From an uncultured Oscillospiraceae bacterium (GTDB lineage: Bacteria > Bacillota > Clostridia > Christensenellales > CAG-314), in NCBI GenBank assembly GCA_964598315.1, contig CAZRBI010000002.1:25276-89275 (forward strand): a stretch of 64,000 bases of DNA, given 5' to 3'. Every line of letters begins with the position of its first letter. The first letter of the stretch is position 1. Position numbers and translations under genes: made by a program. The notes beneath the pieces were generated by a model. It ran no database searches and was not told the DNA's origin. It worked only from the letters and a program-made list of their open reading frames with translations. Of this stretch, positions 38,421-49,313 are shown in pieces.

Positions 38421-38672
38421 AATTTTAGTGAATTATACTTTTAAGTGCAACAGGCAGAAAAAAAGCTCATATATAAATCTATGGTACCAATCTAGTTGCG
38501 AAACAAAATAACCAAGGAAAAATATATTCACTGTTACAAGCTTTTCTCCCTAGAAGAACGTTGTTGTCCCAAAACTGTTGCACTTAGTTTGACAATTTAC
38601 CATTTTTGAAATATTTTCCGCTTGCAAAATGCTTTTACCGAAAAATCCGTATGGTTGACATTTGAAAAATGC

Positions 38673-38711
38673 AAAAAAAGAAACCTTCGGGGCGTTTTCC
38701 CCAAAGGTTTC
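38673..38711 (-). terminator. rnpB terminator
   Basis: GAAACCTTTGGGG-loop-CCCCGAAGGTTTC followed by TTTTTTT on the minus strand. Confidence 0.75.
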
Positions 38712-39051
38712 ACATTGTGTAAGAGTTCAGTCTGTAAGCCGAGTTCTGTCTTGAACGGTTATCTATCTACTGCTGTCGTTACCGACAGCCTCCAGCGAAT
38801 ATGTCGAGATGCCGAGCAGGCATTTGATCTCATTTCTTGCACCGAATGGGGTTTACATGCACGCGTTGTCACCAAAGCGTGTGTAGGCTCTTACCCTGCA
38901 TTTCCACCCTTACAACGTCAAACGTTGCGGTATATTTCTGTTGCACTATCCTTGAAGTCGCCTTCACAGGCCGTTAGCCTGCATTCTTGCTCTGTGGTGC
39001 TCGGACTTTCCTCGTGAGTGACCCCACGCAACCGTCCGGCTGTCTCTTACT
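38712..39051 (-). ncRNA. rnpB: RNase P RNA, type A
   Basis: On the minus strand: GAGGAAAGTCCGAGC, AGGGTGGAAATGCAGGGTAAGAGCC, ACAGAACTCGGCTTACAG. P1 is GTAAGAG/CTCTTAC. Promoter TTGACG-17 nt-TACAAT at 39086-39058. Confidence 0.92.
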
Positions 39052-39343
39052 TTTGTTATTGTAGCGCATTTTAAAAAAAACGTCAACCGTTTTGAAGTTT
39101 GACCGGAAAACGTAAGGGACACAAACAATAAAAAAAGAATGCCAACTTTCCGAAAGCATTCTTTCCGATATTCAGCAAACAAACTTTCAAGACAAATTCA
39201 AACGAACAACGTTGCAATCAGGCAGAAGTTGAAGATTTGCGCCGTCACAAAGTACTATTCGACATTTTCAACACAATGTCAAAGTTAACGTCAAAAAAAG
39301 AACTCCGTCCATCAAAGCAGAGTTCTTTTTTTGCAATAATACA

Positions 39344-39961
39344 CTATTCTTTTGTTTGTTCAACAACATAAAAAGTTTGTTGGGGGCCGGTGTCGCGCAT
39401 AAGTGTGTTTGAGTTGCGGAATTTTGTGAAATACAAAATTGCGCAGTACAAATCGCCCACACACCCACCGACGTGAAATGCAAACAGTGCACCGAACACA
39501 AGCGCATAGGCACAGTCTGCAAGCAACAACGCGGGAAGCAAAAACACGGGAGTGAACAACACAAACGGAGCAAGCACCGCAGTGAGTGCTGCCGTGCGAT
39601 ACACGTAGATGTTGGGAACGCCGCAGTAGGCAACCGCAAGAGTAAGCCCGAAAGTGAGTTTTTGCTTTGTGAACAACTTGTATACCAATCCGTGCGTCAG
39701 TTCGTGGCACACAACGTAAGTAAGGTACGCAACAAAAAACACCAACACGGGCAAAAACGATTTCCAACCTTCCGAAGACATTTTTTCGAAACTATCGCCA
39801 AGCGGTTGCAAGCCGAAAATTGCCAACCACATCAAAACGAACACTACAACTGCAATAACTAGCGACAAAACGGTGAATACCACCGCTGTTTTTTGCTTTG
39901 TTGCATCCACCACCTTGGCTGCAACGTAACCTTGTGGCAATTCTTGTTCAAAATGTTTCAT
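39344..39961 (-). CDS. DUF3267-like membrane zincin (HExxH)
   Basis: Polytopic, with CHELTHG in a TM-proximal position. Confidence 0.6.
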   Translation of the reverse strand: MKHFEQELPQGYVAAKVVDATKQKTAVVFTVLSLVIAVVVFVLMWLAIFGLQPLGDSFEKMSSEGWKSFLPVLVFFVAYLTYVVCHELTHGLVYKLFTKQKLTFGLTLAVAYCGVPNIYVYRTAALTAVLAPFVLFTPVFLLPALLLADCAYALVFGALFAFHVGGCVGDLYCAILYFTKFRNSNTLMRDTGPQQTFYVVEQTKE

Positions 39962-39969
39962 AACAAACC

Positions 39970-40593
39970 TCACAGTGACGCCAAATATTCATCCGTTTCC
40001 GTTTCGTCCACAAAACTTTGAATTTTGGTTATTTTGTAGTCACAATCCAATCCGTGCACCGATTGAAGGTGACGAACAAGCCTGTCCGGGCGCAAGTTTT
40101 CGTTGCCCACGGCCAGCGTTACCGTTGCGGTATCGGCATCTTCACGTTGCGCACCGAAAATTCTTGACGCAACGTTTTTTGTCACGATTGCGCCTTTTTC
40201 GGCATAGGAAATTTCGTAGTCCGGTGCGAGAATTTCCTCGATAAAGTTGCCCAAGCCATTGGATTGAATACGATAAGTTGCACGATTTATCTTTGCCGCC
40301 AAGTTGATTTGTTTGTTGAAAACTTTCACAAAACGTATGCTTTCCGGGCATACGTTGTTGAGTTTTTCCAACATTCCGTCAAAATACTCCGCCTTTGCAC
40401 CTACGTATTCACAGACACTTTCCACACCCAACGCAAGCGGCGGAGAAAAGGAGAGCTCCATGTGCGGATTGAAGCCGTGGGAATATTCCACTTCTATGCC
40501 GGCACGACGGAAAATATATGTTACGGTGCGCAGCGTGTCCACGTGGGCGGCCAATGCACCGCATGCAGTTTTTTCAAATTTGAATACTACCAT
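39970..40593 (-). CDS. radical-SAM-associated protein (DUF2344/TIGR03936-like)
   Basis: AAHVDTLRTVTYIFRRAGIEVEYSHGFNPHMELSFSPPLALGVES. Lies downstream of the radical SAM gene. Confidence 0.75.
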   Translation of the reverse strand: MVVFKFEKTACGALAAHVDTLRTVTYIFRRAGIEVEYSHGFNPHMELSFSPPLALGVESVCEYVGAKAEYFDGMLEKLNNVCPESIRFVKVFNKQINLAAKINRATYRIQSNGLGNFIEEILAPDYEISYAEKGAIVTKNVASRIFGAQREDADTATVTLAVGNENLRPDRLVRHLQSVHGLDCDYKITKIQSFVDETETDEYLASL

Positions 40594-40620
40594 TGTTACT
40601 CCGAAATAACTAAACACAAC

Positions 40621-42435
40621 CTACTGTTGCTTCTTGAATGCTGCGTTGCCGTGCCCGTCCGAACAGAAACCGTGCTTTTTCAGACCGCAACCGTTGCACT
40701 GCTTGTTGCACGAAGGCGTTGTTACCGCCTTTTGAGATTTCAAAAATTCCGACTTGAAATATGCCTTTGTGATACCTGTATCGATAAAATCCCAAGGCAG
40801 CTTGTCGTCCAAGCCCTTTGCGCCGACGATGCTATCCACGTTCACGCCGTACTTTTCAAAACCCTTTTTATAGTGAGCAAAATCGAAACACTCTGTCCAC
40901 GCATCGAACCTTGCGCCGTCCAGATACGCTTCGTACAAGCTGTCGGCAACACTTCTGCCGCCGCGTGCAAGCACCGCTTCCATAAGCGAGCCGTCGTAGT
41001 CGTTGTAGGAAAAACTTATTCCGCGCTTTTTTAGCGTTTCGGACAGATATTTTTGCTTTGCTTGGATACTTTCTCTATCCGCAAACGCACACCACTGGAA
41101 GGGAGTGAACGGTTTGGGAATGAACGTTGAACAAGAAACGGAAATACGCAAATCTTTGCCGGATTTTCTCACGCGCTTGTACAAACCTTTAACTTTGAAT
41201 GCAATATCCGCAATGCCCTCCACATCTTCTTGCGTTTCGGTGGGCAAACCCAACATAAAATACAATTTGACGGAGGAATATCCCTGCTCGAAAGCTTCGG
41301 CCAACGTGCCGAAAATGTTTTCTTCGGTGATGTTTTTGTTGATGACGTCGCGCAGACGTTGTGTGCCCGCTTCAGGCGCAAAAGTAAGCGAACTTTTTCT
41401 GTTGCCTTGGGCCATATCTCCCTTGAAACTGTCCAACCTTAAACTGGGCAAATTGAGTTGCACGTGGCGTTCCTTACAGTAGGGAAGCAACTGTTCCAAA
41501 AGTGGCATAAGTCCGCTGTAGTCACTGGTGGAAAGACTGCTTAACGAAAGTTCGTCGTAGCCGGTGGATTCCAACAAGTTTTTGCACAGTTGCAACGCAT
41601 TTTCCACACTACGCTCACGAACGGGACGATAGATAAATCCTGCCTGGCAAAAACGACAACCGTTTGCGCAACCGCGGAACAGTTCGGCAACGGCTCTGTC
41701 GTGCACGATTTCCATGTTGGGCACCAACTGCACTTGCGGCGTGAACACCGTGTTCATATCCTTTTCTATGTTGCGCACAACCGTTCTGTCGGGCAAAACG
41801 GTGACGCTGTCGCCGTTGTAGAGCGCATCGTGCAACGACGGCACGTAGATGCAAGAATAATGCTCGTCCACCCACACCAAAAATTCTTTTTTTGTGCCGT
41901 TGAACTTTTTGTAGTCTTCGATAATCTCGCGCCAAGGCGTTTCACCCTCGCCCACAAAAAAGAAATCGAAAAACTTGTACATCGGTTCCGGATTGACTGT
42001 GCAAGGACCTCCCGCAACGATAAAAGGGAATTCTTCACCTCTGTCTTCCGTGCAAACGGGAATACCTGCCAAAGTCAGCATATGGAAAACGTTTGAATAG
42101 CACATTTCGTACTGCATGGAAAAACCGACAAAATCAAAATCTTTCAGCGGTCTTTGAGTTTCCAAACTGGCCAGCGGCAAACCGTTTTCTTTCAAATAGT
42201 TTTCGTAGTCGGCAAAGGGTGTGTAGCAACGTTCGCATATCACCCCGTCAATAGAATTGAACAAGTAGTACAAAATGCGAACGCCCAAATTGGACATTCC
42301 CACTTCGTAGCTGTCGGCAACGCACATGCAAAAACGCACGTTGCACGGCTTGCTCATATCTGCAAGATTATATTCCCCTCCAAAATATCTGTAGGGCTTT
42401 TGTACACTGTCTGTTAGTTTAGTCAAATTGTACAC
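40621..42435 (-). CDS. B12-binding-domain radical SAM protein (TIGR03960-like)
   Basis: CANGCRFCQAG (CX3CX2C), ~600 aa. Confidence 0.8.
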   Translation of the reverse strand: MYNLTKLTDSVQKPYRYFGGEYNLADMSKPCNVRFCMCVADSYEVGMSNLGVRILYYLFNSIDGVICERCYTPFADYENYLKENGLPLASLETQRPLKDFDFVGFSMQYEMCYSNVFHMLTLAGIPVCTEDRGEEFPFIVAGGPCTVNPEPMYKFFDFFFVGEGETPWREIIEDYKKFNGTKKEFLVWVDEHYSCIYVPSLHDALYNGDSVTVLPDRTVVRNIEKDMNTVFTPQVQLVPNMEIVHDRAVAELFRGCANGCRFCQAGFIYRPVRERSVENALQLCKNLLESTGYDELSLSSLSTSDYSGLMPLLEQLLPYCKERHVQLNLPSLRLDSFKGDMAQGNRKSSLTFAPEAGTQRLRDVINKNITEENIFGTLAEAFEQGYSSVKLYFMLGLPTETQEDVEGIADIAFKVKGLYKRVRKSGKDLRISVSCSTFIPKPFTPFQWCAFADRESIQAKQKYLSETLKKRGISFSYNDYDGSLMEAVLARGGRSVADSLYEAYLDGARFDAWTECFDFAHYKKGFEKYGVNVDSIVGAKGLDDKLPWDFIDTGITKAYFKSEFLKSQKAVTTPSCNKQCNGCGLKKHGFCSDGHGNAAFKKQQ

Positions 42436-42481
42436 TCCGTTGGTTTGAACGCCTTTGCGAACAAACTATATTTGCTGTTTT

Positions 42482-43738
42482 TTATAACACCATTGTGGCC
42501 ATCAGGGTTCCGACCAAATTCAATTCTTCGCCCTGAACAATTTCGAAAGATATGCCTTCCTTGCCCAAAAATTCCTTCAAATAGCTTTCGAAAGCCTTGC
42601 GATAGCCGACAAGTTTGTTGAACGTCGTGCCCTCTGCCACTATCGCAACGGGCAAAGATTTGTCCGAACAAGTGAAAATTGCCGTTGCGGCATTTGCGAC
42701 AGCACCCAATTTTGCAGCTCTGTCGATAAGCAGCTTGCAAATTTCTTGCGCAAATTCTTCATCGTCGCGACATTGGAAAAAGTCTTTCATTGTTCCGCCG
42801 CCCGTCAAAAACTCCGAAACTTCTTTAAGTTCGACGTCGGACAAGTGCACTTCGTTTGCAAATTCGCCTTCGGCCAAAGCTTGTCGCAACGCAACGTTGA
42901 TTATGTTGGAAAGATATTTGCCGCTGGTCATTTTTTCGAACAGCTGTTTTTCGGGAGCGTCGGTAAGTTGAAGGGCAACTTTGTCGAAATCGCCCAAAAC
43001 AAATCCGTTGTAGCCGCCGCATTCCATGTTGATGAGCATTTTCCCCTTGGGCAAATCGTGTTCCTTTTGAACGCGATCGGTATCCACCACACAACAAATA
43101 TTTGTGCCTGTGCCGTAGATATAACCAAGGTAGGTGGAATAGTTTTTGTCGGAAGTTGCCATGCCGCCCAAAAGCGTTGCGACGGTGTCGTTTAAAATGA
43201 CAATTTTGCGCTTTTTGTCACTAAATTTGCACAACGCTGCCAAGGTTTCCGCACCGACACGTGTTCCGACGACCTCCGGTGCTTTCACTTCTTTGCTGAA
43301 ATTCGTGACGGCTCCGTCCATATCTGCGGCCATATCTACAGGATAGGAAAAACAAAAACCGACGTCACCTCCGTCCTCTGCTAAATAAGCAATGTTGGAG
43401 GCAATTTTATCGTAGAATTGCTGTTTGGACAAAGCTTCTCCCTTCGAAGCGGGCATTGTCGTCTTTTGCAGCTTTTCTATTTTCACTTTTCCACCATCGA
43501 AGTATCCCAACGCCGAACGAAAGTTGGTGCCGCCGGCATCGATCAAAATTCGTTTGCCGTCTTTGATTTTCGAACGATCGACGTTGCAAAGATAGGTCGG
43601 AATCATAGGAATGACGCTGCCGGTCTTTTTCAACCCCGCATCGATTTCCGTTTGAAAACGTGCCAACTGCTCCGTAGCATTCACTTGGATTGCCGCTTCG
43701 CCGTGTTTAACCAAAAAATTCAATGCTTTTTGTTTCAT
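42482..43738 (-). CDS. hexokinase-family sugar kinase
   Basis: ILIDAGGTNFRSAL and YIYGTGTN motifs. ATG follows GGAGG. Confidence 0.7.
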   Translation of the reverse strand: MKQKALNFLVKHGEAAIQVNATEQLARFQTEIDAGLKKTGSVIPMIPTYLCNVDRSKIKDGKRILIDAGGTNFRSALGYFDGGKVKIEKLQKTTMPASKGEALSKQQFYDKIASNIAYLAEDGGDVGFCFSYPVDMAADMDGAVTNFSKEVKAPEVVGTRVGAETLAALCKFSDKKRKIVILNDTVATLLGGMATSDKNYSTYLGYIYGTGTNICCVVDTDRVQKEHDLPKGKMLINMECGGYNGFVLGDFDKVALQLTDAPEKQLFEKMTSGKYLSNIINVALRQALAEGEFANEVHLSDVELKEVSEFLTGGGTMKDFFQCRDDEEFAQEICKLLIDRAAKLGAVANAATAIFTCSDKSLPVAIVAEGTTFNKLVGYRKAFESYLKEFLGKEGISFEIVQGEELNLVGTLMATMVL

Positions 43739-43766
43739 AATATTTGTGCCTCCTTGAAAGCAATTG

Positions 43767-44717
43767 CTACTCTGTTTTTGTCTGTTCCAATAAATCCTCT
43801 GCCAAAACGACGGTGACAATCCCTTGTTCCACCAGTTCGGCAACGCGTTTTTCACGCATCACGTCCTGTTCCAACGAAACATTGTTCCGAACGTACACAT
43901 TGCACTTGGCCAATTTGGAGGAATACTTTCCTCCGCCTTCCGCAATTGCACGCACCACACCGAAAAGTCTGTCGTCCTGCGCAAGCTCCAACGAGCGCGC
44001 CAAACAAAAAACTTTGTTTTTGTGCTGTTTTCCAGTGGCTTTCACCGTTTTGGCAAAAATTTTGATCTTGTCCACCGCCACTTGCGTTTGCCGTCTTTTG
44101 GAAATCTGCCCGTCCAACGATACGGGGCGAACCAGTTCGAAATTTTTGTTACTGCCAACACGCACATGATACTTTTCCAGCAACTCTCGAGTGCTAGATC
44201 CGCTGTCTTTCACTAAAAACTCCAAAGTTTTCAAAGACATCCACGCATCGTCTTCGGAATTGTGTTCGTTGTAGGTGATGTTCAAGTCCGCAGCTATCTT
44301 GGAAAGCGCTTTGACGTCCTTTTCGCCGCGATACATCTTGTACAAAAGTTGAGAACAAATAAAGTTGAAGTCTATCGACGGCAACTTATATCGTTGACAA
44401 GCCGCATTGAGCATCCGCACGTCGGAATCCACCGCGTGACCGACAACAAGACACTCTTTGTCTGTGAGCAACGATTTTATTTTGGGATACACTTCGGAAA
44501 AATCCGGAGAAGAATCCAACAATTGCTTGTCCAGATGCAAATCTATGCCGACGTTTTTTCGTGTCCCGTTCAAATTGTAGGTACATTTGGGATTTATCCA
44601 GACGTTTTCACGAAATTCAACGTTGAAATTTTCGTCGGCAATCACCACGCCTATGCTGCAAATGCTATACGGTTTGTAGCCGTTTGCCGCTTCTATATCG
44701 AATGCTAAGTACTTCAT
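43767..44717 (-). CDS. DEDD-type 3-5 exonuclease domain protein
   Basis: FDIEAAN, GHAVDSDVRML, HNSEDDAW. Confidence 0.65.
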   Translation of the reverse strand: MKYLAFDIEAANGYKPYSICSIGVVIADENFNVEFRENVWINPKCTYNLNGTRKNVGIDLHLDKQLLDSSPDFSEVYPKIKSLLTDKECLVVGHAVDSDVRMLNAACQRYKLPSIDFNFICSQLLYKMYRGEKDVKALSKIAADLNITYNEHNSEDDAWMSLKTLEFLVKDSGSSTRELLEKYHVRVGSNKNFELVRPVSLDGQISKRRQTQVAVDKIKIFAKTVKATGKQHKNKVFCLARSLELAQDDRLFGVVRAIAEGGGKYSSKLAKCNVYVRNNVSLEQDVMREKRVAELVEQGIVTVVLAEDLLEQTKTE

Positions 44718-44959
44718 TTTCTACCTTCTTACCCACTATACTTTACCAAATATTTCACAATTTTGCAACGGTTTCCCGCAAAAGCACACGCATAGATTTG
44801 ATTTTTTTGCAAAATGACAATTTATCACGGTTGTGGCCGAAAACAATGCCTGCAAAAATGAAAAAATACCGCAAGTTAAGATATTGACGACGCACACGCG
44901 AAACTATATAATGAGCTCGGACAAAAAATTTGTCGACAACCAATGAAAGGAGGCAAAAA

Positions 44960-45283
44960 ATGGCAAAAAAAGAAAGAACAATGAGCAAAATTTTGGATAT
45001 TATCGGCGAAATAGTAGCAGTAGTTTTGGTTTTAACCTGGGTGATTTTGCTGGCCAACGCACAATGGGGTTTTCTTAACGGCGTCCCCACACTGCTGAAC
45101 ATTTTGAACATCACAAAAGCATACGGCGGATTGATTTTGATGGCAATTGTCGGCATGGAAGCAATGTCTAAACGCAACATTGTGTTCAGAATAATCTTCC
45201 TTACATTTTTGGCAATAATTGTCATTTTCCTATTCTTCCCCGGAACATACGAAAATCTTATAGGGCTGATTCCCAGAACCTGA
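44960..45283 (+). CDS. small membrane protein
   Basis: 3 hydrophobic helices. ATG follows AAAGGAGG. Confidence 0.5.
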   Translation: MAKKERTMSKILDIIGEIVAVVLVLTWVILLANAQWGFLNGVPTLLNILNITKAYGGLILMAIVGMEAMSKRNIVFRIIFLTFLAIIVIFLFFPGTYENLIGLIPRT

Positions 45284-45696
45284 CAACACAGAACATATCA
45301 CAAAGAGGCATTGACAACCGCTGTCAACGCCTCTTGTTTTTTGTTGAAAACTGTGCAAAACGCCTGTGTTTGCGCAAAAAAATATTTGTTTTTTTGTTGC
45401 TTCTAGCGTTTTCTACTTGAATTTTTGTTCCACACCACCTGCATGACCGACACAAAAACAACGCAAAACATAGTCAAAACGTCGGCACCGCAAGCAAAAT
45501 CCGTGTTTTTCGATTGCAAACGGCAATATCGTGCCGCAAAACGACGTTTTCGCACAATTTTTCGACTGTTCGCGTTAAAGCGCAACGAATACGCCGCGGC
45601 AAACACCGCTCACGACACGACCAACCGAAAAATTGTTTTGCGTTGACGTCGCCACACAGAGATTTGCTTGAATCCAAAGTCGCTTTCAGCGACATT

Positions 45697-46224
45697 CTAG
45701 TTGACGTCGGGTGTGTTTTTCGAATTGCAATCGTCGTGCGGAGAATTATTGCAACGCAATTTTTTTGTTTTTCGTCTTTTGTTCAAAACGAAATACGGAG
45801 CCGCTTTCAAACAACGAACGGGCGAATAGCAAACAATAAGTTTCTTCCTTTGTTCAACCATAAATTTCACCGCAACAATCAATTGCCACACTCCAACCGC
45901 TATCAAAAAGAAGGCAAAACATTTTTTCAGAACATTGTTATCTGTGTTCCCGGCGAAAACTGCACCCGTAACGGCACACACCGTTGCCGGAAAAACAACC
46001 CAACCGATGTTTTTGGTGGATATCAAGTTGTTTTTGGCGTGCAAAATCAACGCCAACGTGCACATGGGCAAAAAACTCAACAAGTTTATCGCTTGCACCG
46101 TTTTTTGGGGAATATCCAAAAACGATAGTAACGGAACAAGTACCGTTCCTCCACCCATGCCCATTCCGCCGACAATTCCGGACAAGAAACCGAATATCAC
46201 CAACAAAAAAGTTTTCATGACCAC
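45697..46224 (-). CDS. TauE/SafE-family anion exporter, C-terminal half
   Basis: GFLSGIVGGMGMGGGTVLVPLL. Starts 1 nt after the stop of the preceding half. Confidence 0.6.
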   Translation of the reverse strand: MVMKTFLLVIFGFLSGIVGGMGMGGGTVLVPLLSFLDIPQKTVQAINLLSFLPMCTLALILHAKNNLISTKNIGWVVFPATVCAVTGAVFAGNTDNNVLKKCFAFFLIAVGVWQLIVAVKFMVEQRKKLIVCYSPVRCLKAAPYFVLNKRRKTKKLRCNNSPHDDCNSKNTPDVN

Positions 46225-46225
46225 C

Positions 46226-46591
46226 TCAAAACAACATTTTTATTCCACCCACGACAAGCACCAAGGCAAAAATCAACTTTGCAACGTTTCCTTTCAGCTT
46301 GGACAACAACACCGCTCCGACAATGCCGCCGCAAACCACGCCCGACGTAGCCCACAACGTGGGTTCCCACTGTACGGAGCCGTTCACCACATAGACAACC
46401 GCGCTTACTGCCGTCAGTGGCAATATCACCAAAAGAGCCGTTGCCTGTGCGCTTTTTTGATTCAATTTCAAAACGCTCAAAAGCAAAGCGACCACCGCAA
46501 CGCCGCCGCCTCCGCCCAAAAAACCGTTGACAAATCCGGCAAGACTGCCCGCAATTGCCAAAATGGCCTTACTTTTTCCGCTCAATTTCAT
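46226..46591 (-). CDS. TauE/SafE-family anion exporter, N-terminal half
   Basis: GSLAGFVNGFLGGGGGVAVVALL. Confidence 0.6.
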   Translation of the reverse strand: MKLSGKSKAILAIAGSLAGFVNGFLGGGGGVAVVALLLSVLKLNQKSAQATALLVILPLTAVSAVVYVVNGSVQWEPTLWATSGVVCGGIVGAVLLSKLKGNVAKLIFALVLVVGGIKMLF

Positions 46592-46720
46592 TTTTGTTTT
46601 AACCTTGTTGGAGTTTATACCCTGTTTTTGATTGATTTTTTTGTTAGTTTGTATTAAAATAATTGCAAGTATGCAATTTGGCATATAGAAGACTATCTTA
46701 AACGAAAAGGTATTACTAGT

Positions 46721-49258
46721 ATGAGCAAGACAACAACAACAAAAGCAAAGAGCCCAATGACTCCTAGCACAAAGAAAACAATCATCATCAGCGTTATCTG
46801 CGCAGTGATGGTGATTATCCTTGCGGTGTCTCTTCCTCTCATGTTGAAACAACAAGTTGAAGACGACAACACTTCAACACCGGATACAAGCACGTCTCAA
46901 GCCACCATCAAAAACGGTGACTTCACGTACTTCGACAAGGATAACACCACTTTCCCCAAGACGGCAGACGACTGGACAAAGTACACCTACAAAGAAGCAA
47001 CCGAATCCGAACACGGTTTTGAAAAAATCGAAAGTGAAGATAAGGTAGTTGCCGGTGTTGTGGATACAACGGAAGAAACCTGGGAAACTGTTTTGACAGA
47101 CCTTGCAACCAGAGGCATCAGCACAAACGTTGCAAACCCCGGCATCTATAAAGACGACCTTGACACAAGCGTGTTTATGTTCGCAACAAAAGAAGCAACC
47201 AACGCAGCAATTGTTTCCAAGAGCTTTTCCATTGCATCGCAAGCTTCGGCAAAAATCACCGTTTGGGTGAACACTTCTGCCCTCACCAGCGGAAAAGCCA
47301 CTGTTGCAATTCAACAATATGCTTCCACGCTTTCCGCTAAGGACGAATACACCTTTGCAAAAGAATTCGACCTTGCTGCACAAAGCGGTTGGCAAGAACT
47401 CAACTTCTACGTGTTCAACAGAAAATCCAGTTCTCAATCGGTTGTTGTGAACGTCGGTATCGGCAACACCTACACCGGAGATAATGCAGAAGGCATTTTG
47501 TTCGTTGACGACATCGTCTACGAAACAGTCACTGCAAACGAGTACCGTTTGTTCGTTGACGGCAACACATCCGCTTCGTCCAGATACGGCATTATCGGTG
47601 AAGACACAAAAGTTTCCGCTGACAGCTATGCAACGCTTGAAAACTTCGGCGACACCACTTCTAGCATCTACACGACGTTGGAATATCCCACTCTTAACGA
47701 AGCAAAAGTGGAAAACACCGAATATTCTCCGTTCACATCTCACGATAACTTCAAAATTTACAAAATTAGCAACAACGGTTTGACAAAATCACCCGTGGCT
47801 TTGGTTTTGAATTCTTGGAACGACAACCCCATCGTAGTGAAATCCAGTGCAGATTTGAAAGACCACTTGCACATCAGCTTCTGGGTGCGCACATACGAAG
47901 TTAACGTTTTGGCAAAAGCAAACATTGTTGTTCAAAACCTTGTTGAAGGCGAATGGGAAGATTTGTCTTCCGGTAGCTTCACTTCCGTTGCTACAAGCCA
48001 AGACATCGCTGCCGACAACAACTGCGGCTGGACAAAATACGACATCTACGTTAAGCCCACAACTTCCGCAGAAAACGGAACAACCATTCGCGTGTTGTTT
48101 GCATTGGGCAACGTGAAAGGTTACGCTACAACAAGCAAGTACACTCCCGAAGGATCTTTGTTTGTTACAAGTCCGTTCGTTGAACAAATTTCTTCGTCCG
48201 ACTACTCTTCTGCTTCCAGCGGAACATATGCAAAGAAAGTGAGCCTTATAGGTGCAACAGCCTCCACTTCCGTTACTAACGGTTCCTTCTCCAGCGTTAC
48301 CACAAGCACGCCGAACCAACCTGCAAGTTGGACACCGGTGTTCGCAGGCGACAACCTTATCTACAAAGACGGCAAAGGAAACATTCGTCCTGACGGATTG
48401 GCTGTTAGCATTGCAGACGTCAACGGATACATTGTGAGAAACAACAAAGACAACGGCGTTGTAGGTTGTGCTCCCAAGTTTGACGACTCTGAACAAAACT
48501 ACTTGAAGATTACAAACAACACAGCAACGGCATACGGATATTTGTCTTCGGACATCACGTTGTCTGCACACACCGTGTACTCGTTCTCTGTTTTGGCAAA
48601 AGCCGACAGCAACAACGCTCCGTTCATCTACATTGTGAAGAATGCAGACGACAGAGCAAGTGCTGTTCTTGCAAAGATTGAAAGCCACACCGCAACCGGC
48701 GATGCAACAACGGACAACAAGTTCGGAATGATTGCAAGCTCGGAAGAAGGCAACGGCTGGACTCGTTACTACATTGTGGTTATCACCGGCGACGAAAGCG
48801 TCACGGCACGCGTAGCTTTGTTCAACGGCAGCATTGACGGCACAACGAAGCAATCCGGCACCGTTTACTACGACAACGTAACCATGACAACAATCGGAAG
48901 CTACACCATCGACACCGCCGAATATGAAGAAGATGACGAAGATGCTCCCGCAACAAATCGTGACAGAATCAAATTCACGGCTACAAGCGGCTACACCGTA
49001 TTTGAAGAACTCACCACCGAAGAAATCACTTCGCTGACGACAGCCAACACAAACGTTGCAGTTTCCGCAGAACCCGATTGGAACGCTATGGTTGAAGAAG
49101 CAATGGCCGAAGACGAGGAAGAAGACGAGGAAGAAACAAAAACAAAATCCAACGTCGATATCGGATTGTTGCTCTCTGTCATTTCCAGTGTGGCATTGGT
49201 TGGTTCTTTGTTGATAGTTGTTGTTGTTCGTTGGTTCAGAAAACGTAACAATCAATAG
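46721..49258 (+). CDS. large surface protein with N- and C-terminal TM anchors and CBM-like modules
   Basis: TM at ~aa 20-42. Modules beginning NGDF/NGSF. Acidic stretch, then a TM, then RWFRKRNNQ. No LPXTG. Confidence 0.6.
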   Translation: MSKTTTTKAKSPMTPSTKKTIIISVICAVMVIILAVSLPLMLKQQVEDDNTSTPDTSTSQATIKNGDFTYFDKDNTTFPKTADDWTKYTYKEATESEHGFEKIESEDKVVAGVVDTTEETWETVLTDLATRGISTNVANPGIYKDDLDTSVFMFATKEATNAAIVSKSFSIASQASAKITVWVNTSALTSGKATVAIQQYASTLSAKDEYTFAKEFDLAAQSGWQELNFYVFNRKSSSQSVVVNVGIGNTYTGDNAEGILFVDDIVYETVTANEYRLFVDGNTSASSRYGIIGEDTKVSADSYATLENFGDTTSSIYTTLEYPTLNEAKVENTEYSPFTSHDNFKIYKISNNGLTKSPVALVLNSWNDNPIVVKSSADLKDHLHISFWVRTYEVNVLAKANIVVQNLVEGEWEDLSSGSFTSVATSQDIAADNNCGWTKYDIYVKPTTSAENGTTIRVLFALGNVKGYATTSKYTPEGSLFVTSPFVEQISSSDYSSASSGTYAKKVSLIGATASTSVTNGSFSSVTTSTPNQPASWTPVFAGDNLIYKDGKGNIRPDGLAVSIADVNGYIVRNNKDNGVVGCAPKFDDSEQNYLKITNNTATAYGYLSSDITLSAHTVYSFSVLAKADSNNAPFIYIVKNADDRASAVLAKIESHTATGDATTDNKFGMIASSEEGNGWTRYYIVVITGDESVTARVALFNGSIDGTTKQSGTVYYDNVTMTTIGSYTIDTAEYEEDDEDAPATNRDRIKFTATSGYTVFEELTTEEITSLTTANTNVAVSAEPDWNAMVEEAMAEDEEEDEEETKTKSNVDIGLLLSVISSVALVGSLLIVVVVRWFRKRNNQ

Positions 49259-49270
49259 TAGATAATTGCA

Positions 49271-49305
49271 AAAAAACGCAGGTTTGGCACCTGCGTTTTT
49301 TGTTT
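49271..49305. terminator. bidirectional terminator
   Basis: AACGCAGGT-loop-ACCTGCGTT with A7 upstream and T6 downstream. Confidence 0.75.
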
Positions 49306-49313
49306 GCTCAATA

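Noticed and set aside
38428-38590. A MITE between the XRE gene and rnpB, based on the 12-bp inverted repeat
   Set aside because: The repeat is only 12 bp, no target-site duplication is visible, and there is only one other related site in the window. It is reported only as a repeated motif.
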